Below are positions 37,657-48,269 of a stretch of 64,000 nt of DNA, piece after piece. Below the pieces are notes generated by a model. The model saw only the letters and a program-made list of their open reading frames with translations, did no database searches and was not told the origin of the DNA. Positions within the stretch are counted from its first letter, which is position 1, and each line of letters begins with the position of its first letter. The position numbers and the translations under genes were made by a program. The stretch covers positions 62,001 to 126,000 of IMG/VR virus record IMGVR_UViG_3300028735_000003; one strand, 5' to 3'.

Positions 37657-38997
37657 CTATTTATTCAATAAAGATTCTGGTGGTGGACCAGGTTGTGTCA
37701 TATATCCACTAGCCACTTCTTGCATATAATTAATTAATGACATATACTCTTTATATAAATCGCCAATTAGCTGACCATTATTGTTCATAGTATATAAATC
37801 TCCGTATTCTGGCTGAAAGTATGGGAGCCACAGCATTAGGACTTCGCTTTTGGATATATTCTTTTTTGATTTGAACATATATGTGTCTGCGGCAATAGCA
37901 TTATACATTCTATTTAATTTGTCTCTAAAGTTAATAAGTTTTGCTGCAGCAATACGGTCTGTATTAATATTTTGTTTGTTTTGTTGTATCAACGCTTCTT
38001 CAGGATTCGATTTAGTAGCATATTGTTGGTATAAATTCCAAGCAGTTCTAGTTCTTGGTCCGAGAATGCCATCCACATCACTTTCACTCCATTCTCTTCC
38101 ATTTAATTTATCAGATAATGTTTTTTTGAAATTAGGGTCTCTTTCAGTATAATTTAAAATATTTTGTTGAAATGACATAATTTTAGGCTTTGTTTTTAGA
38201 TTGGCATCAGCACTGTATGGATCTGAGCTTGTTTTTTTTGATTCTGCTAATACTCTACGCATGGCACTTGTTTCTAGCCAAGTATTTGGTGGGTTTTGTG
38301 TCATGTTAAACTGATTACGCACCTGTTGCACTAAATATCTTCCTTTATCTGCCAACTGACTTAATCTAGTGTTTTCTCTTGGATTAGAGATTACTAGTTT
38401 TGCAGACATATCGTCTAATCTAGTTATAACTCTTTCCATCTTAGGGACGAATGATTGTGCAGTTTTTGAATCGGATGATTTTTGTGCTTCTTGTAATTTT
38501 GCGTAATAGAAATTGAATAACGCATCTATTGATTGGGCTGGTTTGGGAGCTGGCGCTGGTGCCCCGGCTGCTTGTTCAGTAGTTTGCTGTGTTGATTTTG
38601 GTAATGTGGAGTTCGACATCAATTTTAAAAGATTATATTTTTTCATTAATGAATTTTTATACGATGGTACAATTCTTGATAAATTATCAATTGCTTCTTT
38701 TAACTTTTCTATATCAATATTAGGGTCCTTCAAAATTGATGAAGCTCTCATAGCTTCTTGTGAGTTTTTTTGATCTTGTGGTACTAGTGATAATATAGAT
38801 TGTGCGTATTGAACTAACTCTTTGAATTTATAAAGAAAGTCTAAAGCAGTTACTGGTCCTGTGTTACCGTATTCATCTACCATAAACACACTCTGAGTAC
38901 TCTGAGCAGATTTTAAAAAGTCTTTTCTTTCATCATACAATGATAATCTCTCAAACAATGCGGCTTTTTTAAGAATCATATCAATTTTTTTCATCAT
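37657..38997 (-). CDS. helical protein with putative peptidoglycan-binding motif
   Basis: VDGILGPRTRTAW resembles the PG_binding_1 DGIxGPxT motif; Ala/Pro linker. Confidence 0.6.
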   Translation of the reverse strand: MMKKIDMILKKAALFERLSLYDERKDFLKSAQSTQSVFMVDEYGNTGPVTALDFLYKFKELVQYAQSILSLVPQDQKNSQEAMRASSILKDPNIDIEKLKEAIDNLSRIVPSYKNSLMKKYNLLKLMSNSTLPKSTQQTTEQAAGAPAPAPKPAQSIDALFNFYYAKLQEAQKSSDSKTAQSFVPKMERVITRLDDMSAKLVISNPRENTRLSQLADKGRYLVQQVRNQFNMTQNPPNTWLETSAMRRVLAESKKTSSDPYSADANLKTKPKIMSFQQNILNYTERDPNFKKTLSDKLNGREWSESDVDGILGPRTRTAWNLYQQYATKSNPEEALIQQNKQNINTDRIAAAKLINFRDKLNRMYNAIAADTYMFKSKKNISKSEVLMLWLPYFQPEYGDLYTMNNNGQLIGDLYKEYMSLINYMQEVASGYMTQPGPPPESLLNK

Positions 38998-39055
38998 TGT
39001 GTACCTTTATTCATAGACACTACATTCTATACATCATTATGCAATAATAATGCAA

Positions 39056-39580
39056 TTATTTTCTGTTGATAAAATTTATATTGTTGTACTCATTATCAAT
39101 ATTAGGATTATGAACCCCGCTTGTATCTGCACTTTGTATAGCAAAAATACCTCCCAATTGTCTAGGAAATGGATATGCAATAGGAGATGGCAAGTTAACT
39201 ACATATTTAGAATGATTATATCTGAGAAGCTGATGTATTTCAATACGATTGATAGGAACTGTAAGACCTGGAGGTCCAAAGTTATTCTTTTCGATGCTTG
39301 CCAGACCATGCTTGACAAAAATAACAACATCCGCATATTCACGGTTCGTGTAGTCATGGAAGTCGGACCTAATTACTAAAATTCTATATTGCAATAGATG
39401 TACAATAGTTGGATAATTAGGGTCAGCTACAACGCGGGCATCAAATTCATCTCCAGTCATAGTTTCTGTGATATATAATTGTGATTCTAATGTAGCTTTA
39501 CTAACAGCATCTAAATCACCATAGGTAGTACCATATCCATCGATATTACCATTACAAAATATTATAGCTGGCGGGAACAT
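39056..39580 (-). CDS. hypothetical protein (start uncertain)
   Basis: ADVVIFVKHGLASIEKNNFGPPG motif. Confidence 0.6.
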   Translation of the reverse strand: MFPPAIIFCNGNIDGYGTTYGDLDAVSKATLESQLYITETMTGDEFDARVVADPNYPTIVHLLQYRILVIRSDFHDYTNREYADVVIFVKHGLASIEKNNFGPPGLTVPINRIEIHQLLRYNHSKYVVNLPSPIAYPFPRQLGGIFAIQSADTSGVHNPNIDNEYNNINFINRK

Positions 39581-39646
39581 AATTATATGATATTTTATCA
39601 CCTTGACTCGTAATTGTAAGTGATTATTCATCATAATGAGAAAAAT

Positions 39647-40171
39647 ATGACTAACGAAACAACTCCAATTTTTAAGTTTGCAATTCGAGAAGATTTAAAA
39701 GATAGCGAATTCGATTTTCTGCCACAAAAAGCCACACCTCGGTCATCAGGATGGGACGTGCGTGCAGCAATAAAATCCCCGTTTATTGATATAGAATATG
39801 GTGAGATAGTCAAGATACCACTGGGATTTAGGGCTTTTTGCCCAGACGGGTGGTGGTTAGAGCTTAAACCGAGGTCTTCTACATTTGTTAAGAAGAGGTT
39901 GCATTGTCTTTATGGCACGATTGATGAAGATTATGAGGGTGAGCTAATATTAGCCGCACAATTTATACCACATTTGATAGGATATAATAATACTATTGCT
40001 GGTAATTTTGACAAACTTCGGATTATGTTTGGAGAAGCATTAGGTCAGATAATACCAGTAAGAAGACAAGAGATGATTGTTGATAGAGTGTCTAATGAAG
40101 AATATGACGCTCTCTGTAAACAACGTAACGCTGAAAGAGGAGCTGGTGGGTTCGGCTCTACAGGTAAATAA
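39647..40171 (+). CDS. dut: trimeric dUTPase
   Basis: SGWDV, PRSS, GTIDEDYEG, RGAGGFGSTG motifs. Confidence 0.93.
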   Translation: MTNETTPIFKFAIREDLKDSEFDFLPQKATPRSSGWDVRAAIKSPFIDIEYGEIVKIPLGFRAFCPDGWWLELKPRSSTFVKKRLHCLYGTIDEDYEGELILAAQFIPHLIGYNNTIAGNFDKLRIMFGEALGQIIPVRRQEMIVDRVSNEEYDALCKQRNAERGAGGFGSTGK

Positions 40172-40172
40172 G

Positions 40173-40898
40173 ATGTCAAGATCGTCAGAGATAATGATAG
40201 AAAATGTATTTGAGAAACTAAGCTCTAATGAGTTTGTTCCGCTAACTACTTTGGAGCAAAACGAAGCCATCAAGAAATTTTATGAAGAACACAAAGAGAT
40301 GCAGACAAACCTTGTTAGAGGCGTCGGAGCAAATCAGTTTAGAGCTGATGAACCATGGATTCAGACGTATACTGGCAAACGATTTACGCCGACAAATCCA
40401 ATTGTAGACGATATAGTTATAGAAGATATTGCACATCCACTATCTATGCAATGTAGGTTTAGTGGACACGTAAAAAAATTCTATTCTGTTGCCCAACATT
40501 CTGTATTAGTGAGCTATGTTTGTGATAACCAAGATGCTTTATGGGGACTACTTCATGATGCTTCTGAAGCTTATTTGGTTGACATACCTAGACCTATTAA
40601 GAAATCAGGCAAATTTGATAACTATTTGGAATTCGAGAATATCATGCAAAGGGCAATTTGTAAAAAATTTGGGCTTCAACCTGACATGCCAGAATCTGTG
40701 AGAATGGCGGATGATATGCTATTAGCCACTGAAGCTAGGGATCTTATGTCGCCAATGCATAAGGATTGGATTAACTTAACAGATCCTCTACCATTTACAA
40801 TAACGCCATTATCTCATGATGATGCCAAATTATTGTTTTTAAAGCGTTTTGAAGAATTGACTGGTACACCATTTGTTTTCGAACCTTGTGAAAAATAA
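40173..40898 (+). CDS. HD-domain 5'-deoxynucleotidase-like protein (YfbR/YfdR-like)
   Basis: IQTYTG, IEDIAH, RFSGH, YSVAQHSV, LLHDASEAY. Confidence 0.85.
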   Translation: MSRSSEIMIENVFEKLSSNEFVPLTTLEQNEAIKKFYEEHKEMQTNLVRGVGANQFRADEPWIQTYTGKRFTPTNPIVDDIVIEDIAHPLSMQCRFSGHVKKFYSVAQHSVLVSYVCDNQDALWGLLHDASEAYLVDIPRPIKKSGKFDNYLEFENIMQRAICKKFGLQPDMPESVRMADDMLLATEARDLMSPMHKDWINLTDPLPFTITPLSHDDAKLLFLKRFEELTGTPFVFEPCEK

Positions 40899-40924
40899 TA
40901 TAATGCAGACGATATAGATATCTT

Positions 40925-41260
40925 ATGACAAATATTATTCCTAATCAGAGATGTAAACTATGTAAGAGGGTAGCTGAAAAACATCCGAAATTAAAATGGG
41001 CTGATAAGGATTTATGTTTAGAGTGTTTCAACAAACCAAAGCCTAAATTTTATTATGACGTTAAGGTAGAAGTTATGTTGCCTGCTATACTAACGTATAG
41101 AGTTCTAGCTGAAGATCCAGAAAAAGCTGCTGCTATGATTAAAGGAATGCACCCAACGTCAATAAAACACAGATTAATAGGCAGAAAAGAGCTCAAGTTA
41201 ATAGTTTATGAAGCGGGCTGTACGGTAATTAAGTATATGAGAAATTTATTTGGGAAATGA
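40925..41260 (+). CDS. hypothetical protein with CxxC pairs
   Basis: CKLC, CLEC. Confidence 0.6.
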   Translation: MTNIIPNQRCKLCKRVAEKHPKLKWADKDLCLECFNKPKPKFYYDVKVEVMLPAILTYRVLAEDPEKAAAMIKGMHPTSIKHRLIGRKELKLIVYEAGCTVIKYMRNLFGK

Positions 41261-41261
41261 T

Positions 41262-41753
41262 ATGTTTGATATTTATTTAAAAAGAGTCCAGATAGGGGAC
41301 AGAAAAGGGGTAGTTACTACTGTTACAATACCGTCAAATGTTCCTATTTGCGAAATAAAGGGCGATATTATAACATTTGATTCTCTTTCTAAATTAGAAA
41401 ATCCAAATGACGCCTTACAAATTGGTCCTGATATCTACATAGCTCCATCTGGTTCAATTACCGATTATATTAGACATAGTTGTAATCCTAATTGCATGTT
41501 ACATGTAGTTGGGAACAGAGCAATTATATATTCAATGTATGTAATAAAAGCTGACTCAGAAATAACATATGACTATTCATCTACATCTACAGAAAGCCTA
41601 AATACGTGGGAAATGAAATGCACTTGTAAATCGTTTAATTGCAGAAAAAATATTAGCGGATTTCAATATCTAGATCCGCAAATTCAATTAGAATATAAAA
41701 GAAAAGGTATTGCTGCTTTATTTATTAGGGAGCCAATATTTTTGAAAAAGTAA
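41262..41753 (+). CDS. SET-domain protein (lysine methyltransferase-like) with post-SET cysteines
   Basis: YIRHSCNPNC, EITYDY, CTCKSFNCR. Confidence 0.85.
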   Translation: MFDIYLKRVQIGDRKGVVTTVTIPSNVPICEIKGDIITFDSLSKLENPNDALQIGPDIYIAPSGSITDYIRHSCNPNCMLHVVGNRAIIYSMYVIKADSEITYDYSSTSTESLNTWEMKCTCKSFNCRKNISGFQYLDPQIQLEYKRKGIAALFIREPIFLKK

Positions 41754-41985
41754 GATAATATGAGTTTATATTTTTTATTTGGCTCCTTATAAAGGTAAGA
41801 TTTGTATCTTGAAATTTCAAAAGAAGATATCGACATGCCTTAATTATAAGGATATTAAATTTTATTTGGAATACTTAGATTCCATATTTTAGAACAGAAA
41901 TAAAATCCAGAAAAATTAGAAATTATCATTAGCATAACACAAATAAAAATATGGGGTATAATGTTGAAAACAAAAGGTACAAAAT

Positions 41986-42624
41986 ATGTCAGGACTTAAA
42001 TTTTATGTGGTTGATACGGAGACAAGTGGATTGCGCGCATCGTACCATGAGATTACAGAAATAGGTATAATTCGTGTCACAGATAGAATGCAATTACATA
42101 GGTGTATAAGGTGTGAATATCCGGAGAGAGCTAGTTTTGATGCTTTGAAGATCACAAAGAAAACAACAGCAGATTTAAGTAAAGGATACGATAAGGCTGC
42201 GGTTGTAGCAGAATGTAATAAGTTTTTTGCAGAAGATGGTGCTACTCCAGCAGCAAGGGTTATAGTTGGTCACAATATTATTGCGTTTGATAAAAAGTTT
42301 TTACATGCGTTATGGGCTGAACAAGGACAAGAATTTCCTGCACATTTGTGGTTAGATACGATGTCATTAACCAGACAATTTCTTAAACAAGCAGGAATAA
42401 AAACCAGGTCCATTAATCTTCATGCGTCCTGTGATTATGTGGGAGTTAAGAAGCTGTCAGAAGCGCATAATGCTAAGATAGATAGTCGAAATAACTATCT
42501 ACTTTACAAAAATTTGATTGAAGAAAAAAAGATAGATTATCTACCATTCATAAAATCATTTCCACATACACTTTCTATATCAAATGATAATGGTGGATTA
42601 GACCCAGATTTATTAAATTTATGA
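41986..42624 (+). CDS. DEDDh 3'-5' exonuclease (DnaQ-like)
   Basis: VVDTETSG, VGHNIIAFD, AHNAKID. Confidence 0.88.
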   Translation: MSGLKFYVVDTETSGLRASYHEITEIGIIRVTDRMQLHRCIRCEYPERASFDALKITKKTTADLSKGYDKAAVVAECNKFFAEDGATPAARVIVGHNIIAFDKKFLHALWAEQGQEFPAHLWLDTMSLTRQFLKQAGIKTRSINLHASCDYVGVKKLSEAHNAKIDSRNNYLLYKNLIEEKKIDYLPFIKSFPHTLSISNDNGGLDPDLLNL

Positions 42625-43274
42625 AAAGTCCAAGTATAGAGTCTCTTTACTCAACATTACATAAGCATATGTTAATGGTAGAATCTTATACAGAGGTTCC
42701 AAACATAACATTTATGTTTAAGGCATGCAGATTAAAACCATATTCTTATTTTTTTGAAGAAAGAAATAATAAAATTGCATTATATACATGGTGGTTTGAC
42801 GAATTTGGTAATTCGTTTAAACTGTTAAAGAGTAGAAGGCTTCAAATAATATACGGTGATTTAGCATTAGATCGAGACAAAATTGTTTGTACCGATTTAT
42901 ACTATGGAGTAGACATAAAGAAAATAGCCAAGATAAGTAAATTTGCGTACATAAGCTATGGAATAGATGAAGACCTATATCAAGACTGTGCTATAATATC
43001 AATGTTGGGAATAGACAATTATTTCAGAACTTATTTGTATCTATATGGGTATTGGCAGCAGGTATCTACATTAACTTTAGGAATAAAAAACATAAAGACA
43101 ATTGCTAAAAATTTAGACCTAAAGTATAATAAGGCGCTTTCAAATACAGAAAATATTAAACTACCTTGCGTGGAGGCGCAAACATGGTTAACTTCTTTAC
43201 CAATTCGTGATGATTTCTCTCACACCTTGGAGAAACAATGTAGTATTGTTTCGTCCATTTTTCAAACAAGTTGA
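42621..43274 (+). CDS. hypothetical protein
   Basis: 217 aa, 4-nt overlap with upstream gene. Confidence 0.65.
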   Translation: MKSPSIESLYSTLHKHMLMVESYTEVPNITFMFKACRLKPYSYFFEERNNKIALYTWWFDEFGNSFKLLKSRRLQIIYGDLALDRDKIVCTDLYYGVDIKKIAKISKFAYISYGIDEDLYQDCAIISMLGIDNYFRTYLYLYGYWQQVSTLTLGIKNIKTIAKNLDLKYNKALSNTENIKLPCVEAQTWLTSLPIRDDFSHTLEKQCSIVSSIFQTS

Positions 43275-43292
43275 AAGGAATAAATACAGTAT

Positions 43293-43508
43293 ATGTCAAA
43301 TCGTGATAGAGTAGAATTAGAAGGTAACGTTATTGATTCAAACAAAGGTAAGTTTAGAGTAAAGATTAGCGACACATATGTTGTTTTGTGTACGCTTAGC
43401 GGGAAAATTCGACAGAATTCTGTCAAGATTTTATTAGGTGACAGGGTAAAAGTTGAAGTGTCAGAGTATGACACAACTCAAGGAAGAATTACATATAGAA
43501 TGCAGTAA
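43293..43508 (+). CDS. infA: translation initiation factor IF-1
   Basis: VELEGNVI...FRVK...LSGKIRQNSVKILLGDRVKVEVSEYDTTQGRITYR. Confidence 0.93.
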   Translation: MSNRDRVELEGNVIDSNKGKFRVKISDTYVVLCTLSGKIRQNSVKILLGDRVKVEVSEYDTTQGRITYRMQ

Positions 43509-44753
43509 TTATCCTAATTTTTCGTTTATATCGTTGAGAAAATTATTAATTCTATTCATAATAGATATACGTTGAGATTTGCTGTTATGATCTGTGGTTC
43601 TTGGTGTAGCTGAAGCTGGCGGGGCTGGCGGGGCTGGCGGGGCTGGCGGGGCTGGCGAAGCTGGCGACGTAGTTGTGATGACACTGTTTGGTTTAGATGA
43701 ATCGATTTTTTCGTACAAACTAATTCCAAATGGTTTGTTGCTGTGGCGTTCTTTTCTAGCCAAATAAGTTTTGCCATTACTTAATGTAACAGTTATTTCA
43801 GACCCGTATGGTCTATCCAATAATGATTTAGCAGCAGATGTAGCCTCATCAAATACAGCAGGGTCAATACTTGCTGACCTATATCCTGGTGGTGGTCCAT
43901 CGCTTTTTACTGTATATCCTCTTATACCAACGCCTGGATTGAATGTCAACGCTGAAGATAGATGTCTAGTATTTAAGGCTCTATCAAGTGTTGTGCGAAT
44001 CTGTCTGCCATTTTTATCTGTAACAACCACATTACCATTATCTACTCCGCGCAACCAAGTAATATACTCTTGTTGATCTAGCCCATGAGGCGTTGTACCT
44101 ATACCACCCTGTTCTGGCTTATTGCTATCCACACTAGTCCAAATACCATAATAGGCTGCACGGTTTTCTGCTCCTGGCTCTGGTTGTACAATTGATTTTG
44201 CAAATCCATCAACAGGTTTATTTGGATCCATTCCCTCTTGTGACGCTAATTGATCACTAACTCTTCTACTATATTCTATAGTAGCTCTAGGATCGCTAAT
44301 TAGTCCCGAGACTACTTCTTCTGGAGAATAGCGTCTTCCTTCTATTGTAACTCCAGTTCCACTTAATGGTCTTGCTGGCACTTTATTTGAATTCTGATGA
44401 ATTAAATCTGCCATCTTGGCAGTTGGTAATTCCATTCCAAAATGCCTAGCAATTCTTTGGGCAGTTGGTGGTGACGGAGATACTCTAATTCCGTCAATAG
44501 TAAAAAAGTCCTGCATTACTTGAAAAGTAATTTTCGTACCATCTGGACCAGGGACAGTAATTGGAACCATTTTAGGTTTTGGCTGTCTTATTGCATACTG
44601 ATATATTAACTCATCTCGTTCTTTTGGTGTTTTAGCTTGAGAATAGAGTTCTCTAAAAGATTTTGTCTTTGTATCCTCAGCGGCTGTTTTTGATTTCAAT
44701 ACATTCAACGCACGTTTGTGTATTAACGCTCTTTTTTCAGATAAAGTAATCAT
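43509..44753 (-). CDS. uncharacterised multidomain protein, paralog of 44761..45516
   Basis: TAQRIA...LPTAKMADLI; (PPA)x4 repeat. Confidence 0.7.
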   Translation of the reverse strand: MITLSEKRALIHKRALNVLKSKTAAEDTKTKSFRELYSQAKTPKERDELIYQYAIRQPKPKMVPITVPGPDGTKITFQVMQDFFTIDGIRVSPSPPTAQRIARHFGMELPTAKMADLIHQNSNKVPARPLSGTGVTIEGRRYSPEEVVSGLISDPRATIEYSRRVSDQLASQEGMDPNKPVDGFAKSIVQPEPGAENRAAYYGIWTSVDSNKPEQGGIGTTPHGLDQQEYITWLRGVDNGNVVVTDKNGRQIRTTLDRALNTRHLSSALTFNPGVGIRGYTVKSDGPPPGYRSASIDPAVFDEATSAAKSLLDRPYGSEITVTLSNGKTYLARKERHSNKPFGISLYEKIDSSKPNSVITTTSPASPAPPAPPAPPAPPASATPRTTDHNSKSQRISIMNRINNFLNDINEKLG

Positions 44754-44760
44754 GGCTATA

Positions 44761-45516
44761 TTAATATCTCAGAAATGTTAAGATGCCCTCATCACTAATT
44801 AATGCAGACAATGTAGCATCTTTAAAAACATCTTGTATTCTCATCGGTGAATGATTTACCATTACATCATTGGCAATTAACCTGATTCCGTGACTATAAT
44901 CGGCATATGTATCTTCATGACTCCAGTAATTCATATTTTGAATCGGAGTTCCATCAGCCTTAAACCAACCAAATATAGCGACCCTTTTATTTGGATTATT
45001 AGGGCTGAGTTTATTTGTTAATATGACGTCTTTTTTATGACCAGCAGTTAGCATTGTATTATCCATACCGATCAAAAGTTTATTAATTCGATCATTATGA
45101 ATTCTAATTCTATCCATACTCATCATACTAGAATCGTATGGTGGACCCCATGTTAATTTATTAGCATCCAACTTATTTATTGCATGTTGCCAAATATCAG
45201 TAACCATCTTTCTAGTTGGAAGAGAACAATCGTACTTATCTGCTATTTTTTGAGCAGTTAAGGGATTCATTGGCATTCTTATATAGTCAGAATCATCTCC
45301 AATAGATAAATAATCTGGGCTAACCATATAAGTTATGGTATTTCCATTCGATGAAACAGTAACTGGTATAAATTTTCTAATAAAACCAGGGATATTGCCA
45401 CTTAAAAAAGAATCAAGTATATGGTCTTCTCTAACATTTATGGCGACAGACATATTGCCGCTAATAAACTCAGAACCCGAAATAGCTACTGGTTGTCTAT
45501 CTGGTATTAGTGCCAT
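44761..45516 (-). CDS. uncharacterised conserved protein
   Basis: TAQKIA...LPTRKMV, GHKKD, AIFGW, HEDTYADYSHGIRL. Confidence 0.75.
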   Translation of the reverse strand: MALIPDRQPVAISGSEFISGNMSVAINVREDHILDSFLSGNIPGFIRKFIPVTVSSNGNTITYMVSPDYLSIGDDSDYIRMPMNPLTAQKIADKYDCSLPTRKMVTDIWQHAINKLDANKLTWGPPYDSSMMSMDRIRIHNDRINKLLIGMDNTMLTAGHKKDVILTNKLSPNNPNKRVAIFGWFKADGTPIQNMNYWSHEDTYADYSHGIRLIANDVMVNHSPMRIQDVFKDATLSALISDEGILTFLRY

Positions 45517-45907
45517 TTTATCCTGCCAATCATATTAACTACCAACATATACATGCCAAGATAAGCGCAGGAGTTAATCTATAATATCTTTTATGTATAC
45601 AATTATTCATGATATAACTGATAGTTTATCAACATAATAATTAACAGAGCCAATTATATTTAAGCTATCACAATATATCATATATTATAGAAGATTTTAT
45701 GTCTGGAAGCGTTATGCTAATTTTACAAACTTAATCAATAAATTTAATGTACTTTATTATATTATATTATTTTTATCTTTATTTTTTACGGATTGACATT
45801 ATTTGCGTGTGTGGTTATATTCTATTTGTCGATGTTTATTCGATTTTATAATAAAATTATAAATTATTTTGTGTGAGTATATCGTTGACGCATCAGGAGA
45901 ATTATTT

Positions 45908-46921
45908 ATGGACTATGTTATAAGAGACGGGTTGGTATTTGACGACGTTTTATTAGTTCCGAAATACTCCACCATAGATAGCAGGACTACCGGTGTAGAT
46001 GTTTCAGTTAAGATTAAAAATGTCACATATCTTCACCCTATAATTCCTGCTAATATGCAAACGATAACTGGACATGAAATGGCTCAGGCTGTTTCTAGAA
46101 GTGGTGGATTAGCTATTGTAAACAGATTTATGCCTTTTGAGTACCAATTAAATATCGCTAAAAAAGAAAAAGATAATTTGAATAATATTGGATTTTCGGT
46201 TGGTGTAAAACAAGAATATAAGGATTATGTTAAGATATTTAGTGAGTATGGTGTAAATATATTCTGTATAGATATTGCTCATGGAGATTCAAAAGGCGGT
46301 GTCAATATGACATCGTGGATTCGTGACAATTATCCTGAAGCTACTATAATAGCAGGCAATGTTGCTACTGGTAATGGAGCATTAAGGTTATGGAATGCCG
46401 GTGCAGATATTGTAAAAGTTGGAGTTGGTCCTGGTAGTTTATGTACTACTAGAATTGAAACTGGTAACGGAGTGCCACAATTAACAGCCTTAATGGATGT
46501 CGCAGAAGCCAGAAAATATCGATTACAGGATTCAAAATCTGCTTTTATTATCGCAGATGGTGGTATAAAGAATGCTGGAGATATTGTAAAAGCATTATGT
46601 TTTGCTGATATGGTTATGGCGGGGAATATATTTGCCGGATGCCTAGAAACACCTGGTACAGTTCTATCTATCATGGGTAAGACATATAAGGAGTACAGGG
46701 GCAGCTCAACGCATAAAACAAGTCATGTGGAAGGCGTAGCGGCAATAGTCCCAACAAAAGGAACATTCAAATCCATCCTAGATAAATTAATAGAAGGATT
46801 GCGCTCTGGTTGTTCATATCAGGGTTCTGCGAATTTACAAGAACTTAAAGAAGATCCTGAGTTTATTAGAATAACAAACGCAGGGTTAATTGAGAGTTAT
46901 CCTCACAACATATCGGGTTAA
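45908..46921 (+). CDS. IMP dehydrogenase / GMP reductase family (no CBS domains)
   Basis: LVFDDVLLVP, IDIAHG, KVGVGPGSLCTTR, ADGGI, EGV; IMPDH versus GMPR not resolved. Confidence 0.9.
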   Translation: MDYVIRDGLVFDDVLLVPKYSTIDSRTTGVDVSVKIKNVTYLHPIIPANMQTITGHEMAQAVSRSGGLAIVNRFMPFEYQLNIAKKEKDNLNNIGFSVGVKQEYKDYVKIFSEYGVNIFCIDIAHGDSKGGVNMTSWIRDNYPEATIIAGNVATGNGALRLWNAGADIVKVGVGPGSLCTTRIETGNGVPQLTALMDVAEARKYRLQDSKSAFIIADGGIKNAGDIVKALCFADMVMAGNIFAGCLETPGTVLSIMGKTYKEYRGSSTHKTSHVEGVAAIVPTKGTFKSILDKLIEGLRSGCSYQGSANLQELKEDPEFIRITNAGLIESYPHNISG

Positions 46922-46923
46922 TA

Positions 46924-47112
46924 ATGAGCTTTAAATTATTCAAGATAATAATTTTCTTTCTAATATGTATTATTACAATAATAACATATATATTAATGTT
47001 CTGGGCTTTTAACAAGCAAATATATTATATGGCTGCACTATGTGGTTTATTAGCAATATCACAGATATATTATCTATATCTGGATTATGTAAGAATATGG
47101 AGATCAAAATGA
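46924..47112 (+). CDS. small membrane protein
   Basis: 62 aa, two hydrophobic segments. Confidence 0.5.
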   Translation: MSFKLFKIIIFFLICIITIITYILMFWAFNKQIYYMAALCGLLAISQIYYLYLDYVRIWRSK

Positions 47113-47294
47113 GTTTAATGAGAATCATTGCAGCTATTGTGACATTATTACTTTTAATTGTTTGTTTAATATTAATGGTTATTACTGCATTATCTGGTAA
47201 TTGGTCAGCGGCACTTGTTATATTTATGATTTGTTGTGGTTTTAGTATTTTCACATACAATGATTACTTGAAGTTTTTTGTTGATAAAAAATGA
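47109..47294 (+). CDS. small membrane protein
   Basis: 61 aa, two hydrophobic segments; 4-nt overlaps on both sides. Confidence 0.55.
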   Translation: MSLMRIIAAIVTLLLLIVCLILMVITALSGNWSAALVIFMICCGFSIFTYNDYLKFFVDKK

Positions 47295-48169
47295 ACGAAG
47301 AAGAAAATAACTATTTGAAATTGCTGAAAACTATATTACAGTGCGGAGAAGAGCGCGTAGATAGGACTGGTGTTGGAACAATTGGAATTTTTGGAACCCA
47401 ACTTAGATTTTCACTTGAAAATAATAAAATACCGATGCTAACAACTAAGAAGATATTTGCTAAAGGAGTTGTAGAAGAATTATTGTTCTTTTTGAGAGGC
47501 GATACTGATACTAAAAAGTTGGAAGCAAAAGGCGTTAATATATGGAAAGGCAATACTACAAGAAAATTTCTTGACAGTCGTGGATTAAAGAATCTTCCAG
47601 AAGGCGATATGGGCAAAGGTTATGGGTTTCAGTGGCGTCATTTTGGCCAACACAAAAATGATTATAACGGTCAATATTGCAACAAAGGTGTAGACCAATT
47701 AGCTGATGTTTTAGATAAATTAAAGAACCACCCAGATGATAGAAGAATTTTGATCAGTGCGTGGAATCCATCTCAATTAGATGAGATGGCTTTACCGCCG
47801 TGTCATTTATTGGCTCAGTTCTATGTTATAAAAGGGCATTTGTCATGTCAATTTTATCAAAGGTCTGTGGATTCATTTCTTGGATTACCGTTCAATATTC
47901 TAAGTTATGCTATAATGACACATATTCTGGCAAAAGCATCTAAACTTAAACCAAAAGAATTAGTATTCGTTGGTGGGGATACACATATATATAAGAGTCA
48001 CATACAACAAGTAACTAATCAGATATGTAGAATACCTTATGACTTCCCAACTTTACAGATCAATAAAGATATAAAATCAATAAAAGATATTGAAGAACTT
48101 GAATGGAAAGATTTTATAATTGATGGATATGTAAGTCATCCTGCAATAAAGGCAGAAATGGCAGTGTAA
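47291..48169 (+). CDS. thyA: thymidylate synthase
   Basis: DRTGVGT, YGFQWR, MALPPCH, YQRSVD, PFNI, HIY, IKAEMAV. Confidence 0.97.
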   Translation: MNEEENNYLKLLKTILQCGEERVDRTGVGTIGIFGTQLRFSLENNKIPMLTTKKIFAKGVVEELLFFLRGDTDTKKLEAKGVNIWKGNTTRKFLDSRGLKNLPEGDMGKGYGFQWRHFGQHKNDYNGQYCNKGVDQLADVLDKLKNHPDDRRILISAWNPSQLDEMALPPCHLLAQFYVIKGHLSCQFYQRSVDSFLGLPFNILSYAIMTHILAKASKLKPKELVFVGGDTHIYKSHIQQVTNQICRIPYDFPTLQINKDIKSIKDIEELEWKDFIIDGYVSHPAIKAEMAV

Positions 48170-48269
48170 TAATCAATACACTAGAAATATATGCTTTCTA
48201 TACATATTTATATTAAAAATATAATATCATAAAGTTATAACTATAAATTATAGTAACGCAGTTTGCAAG

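Noticed and set aside
46924-47294. Holin call for the two small membrane proteins
   Set aside because: No adjacent endolysin or spanin, and they sit in a nucleotide-metabolism operon; left as generic membrane proteins.
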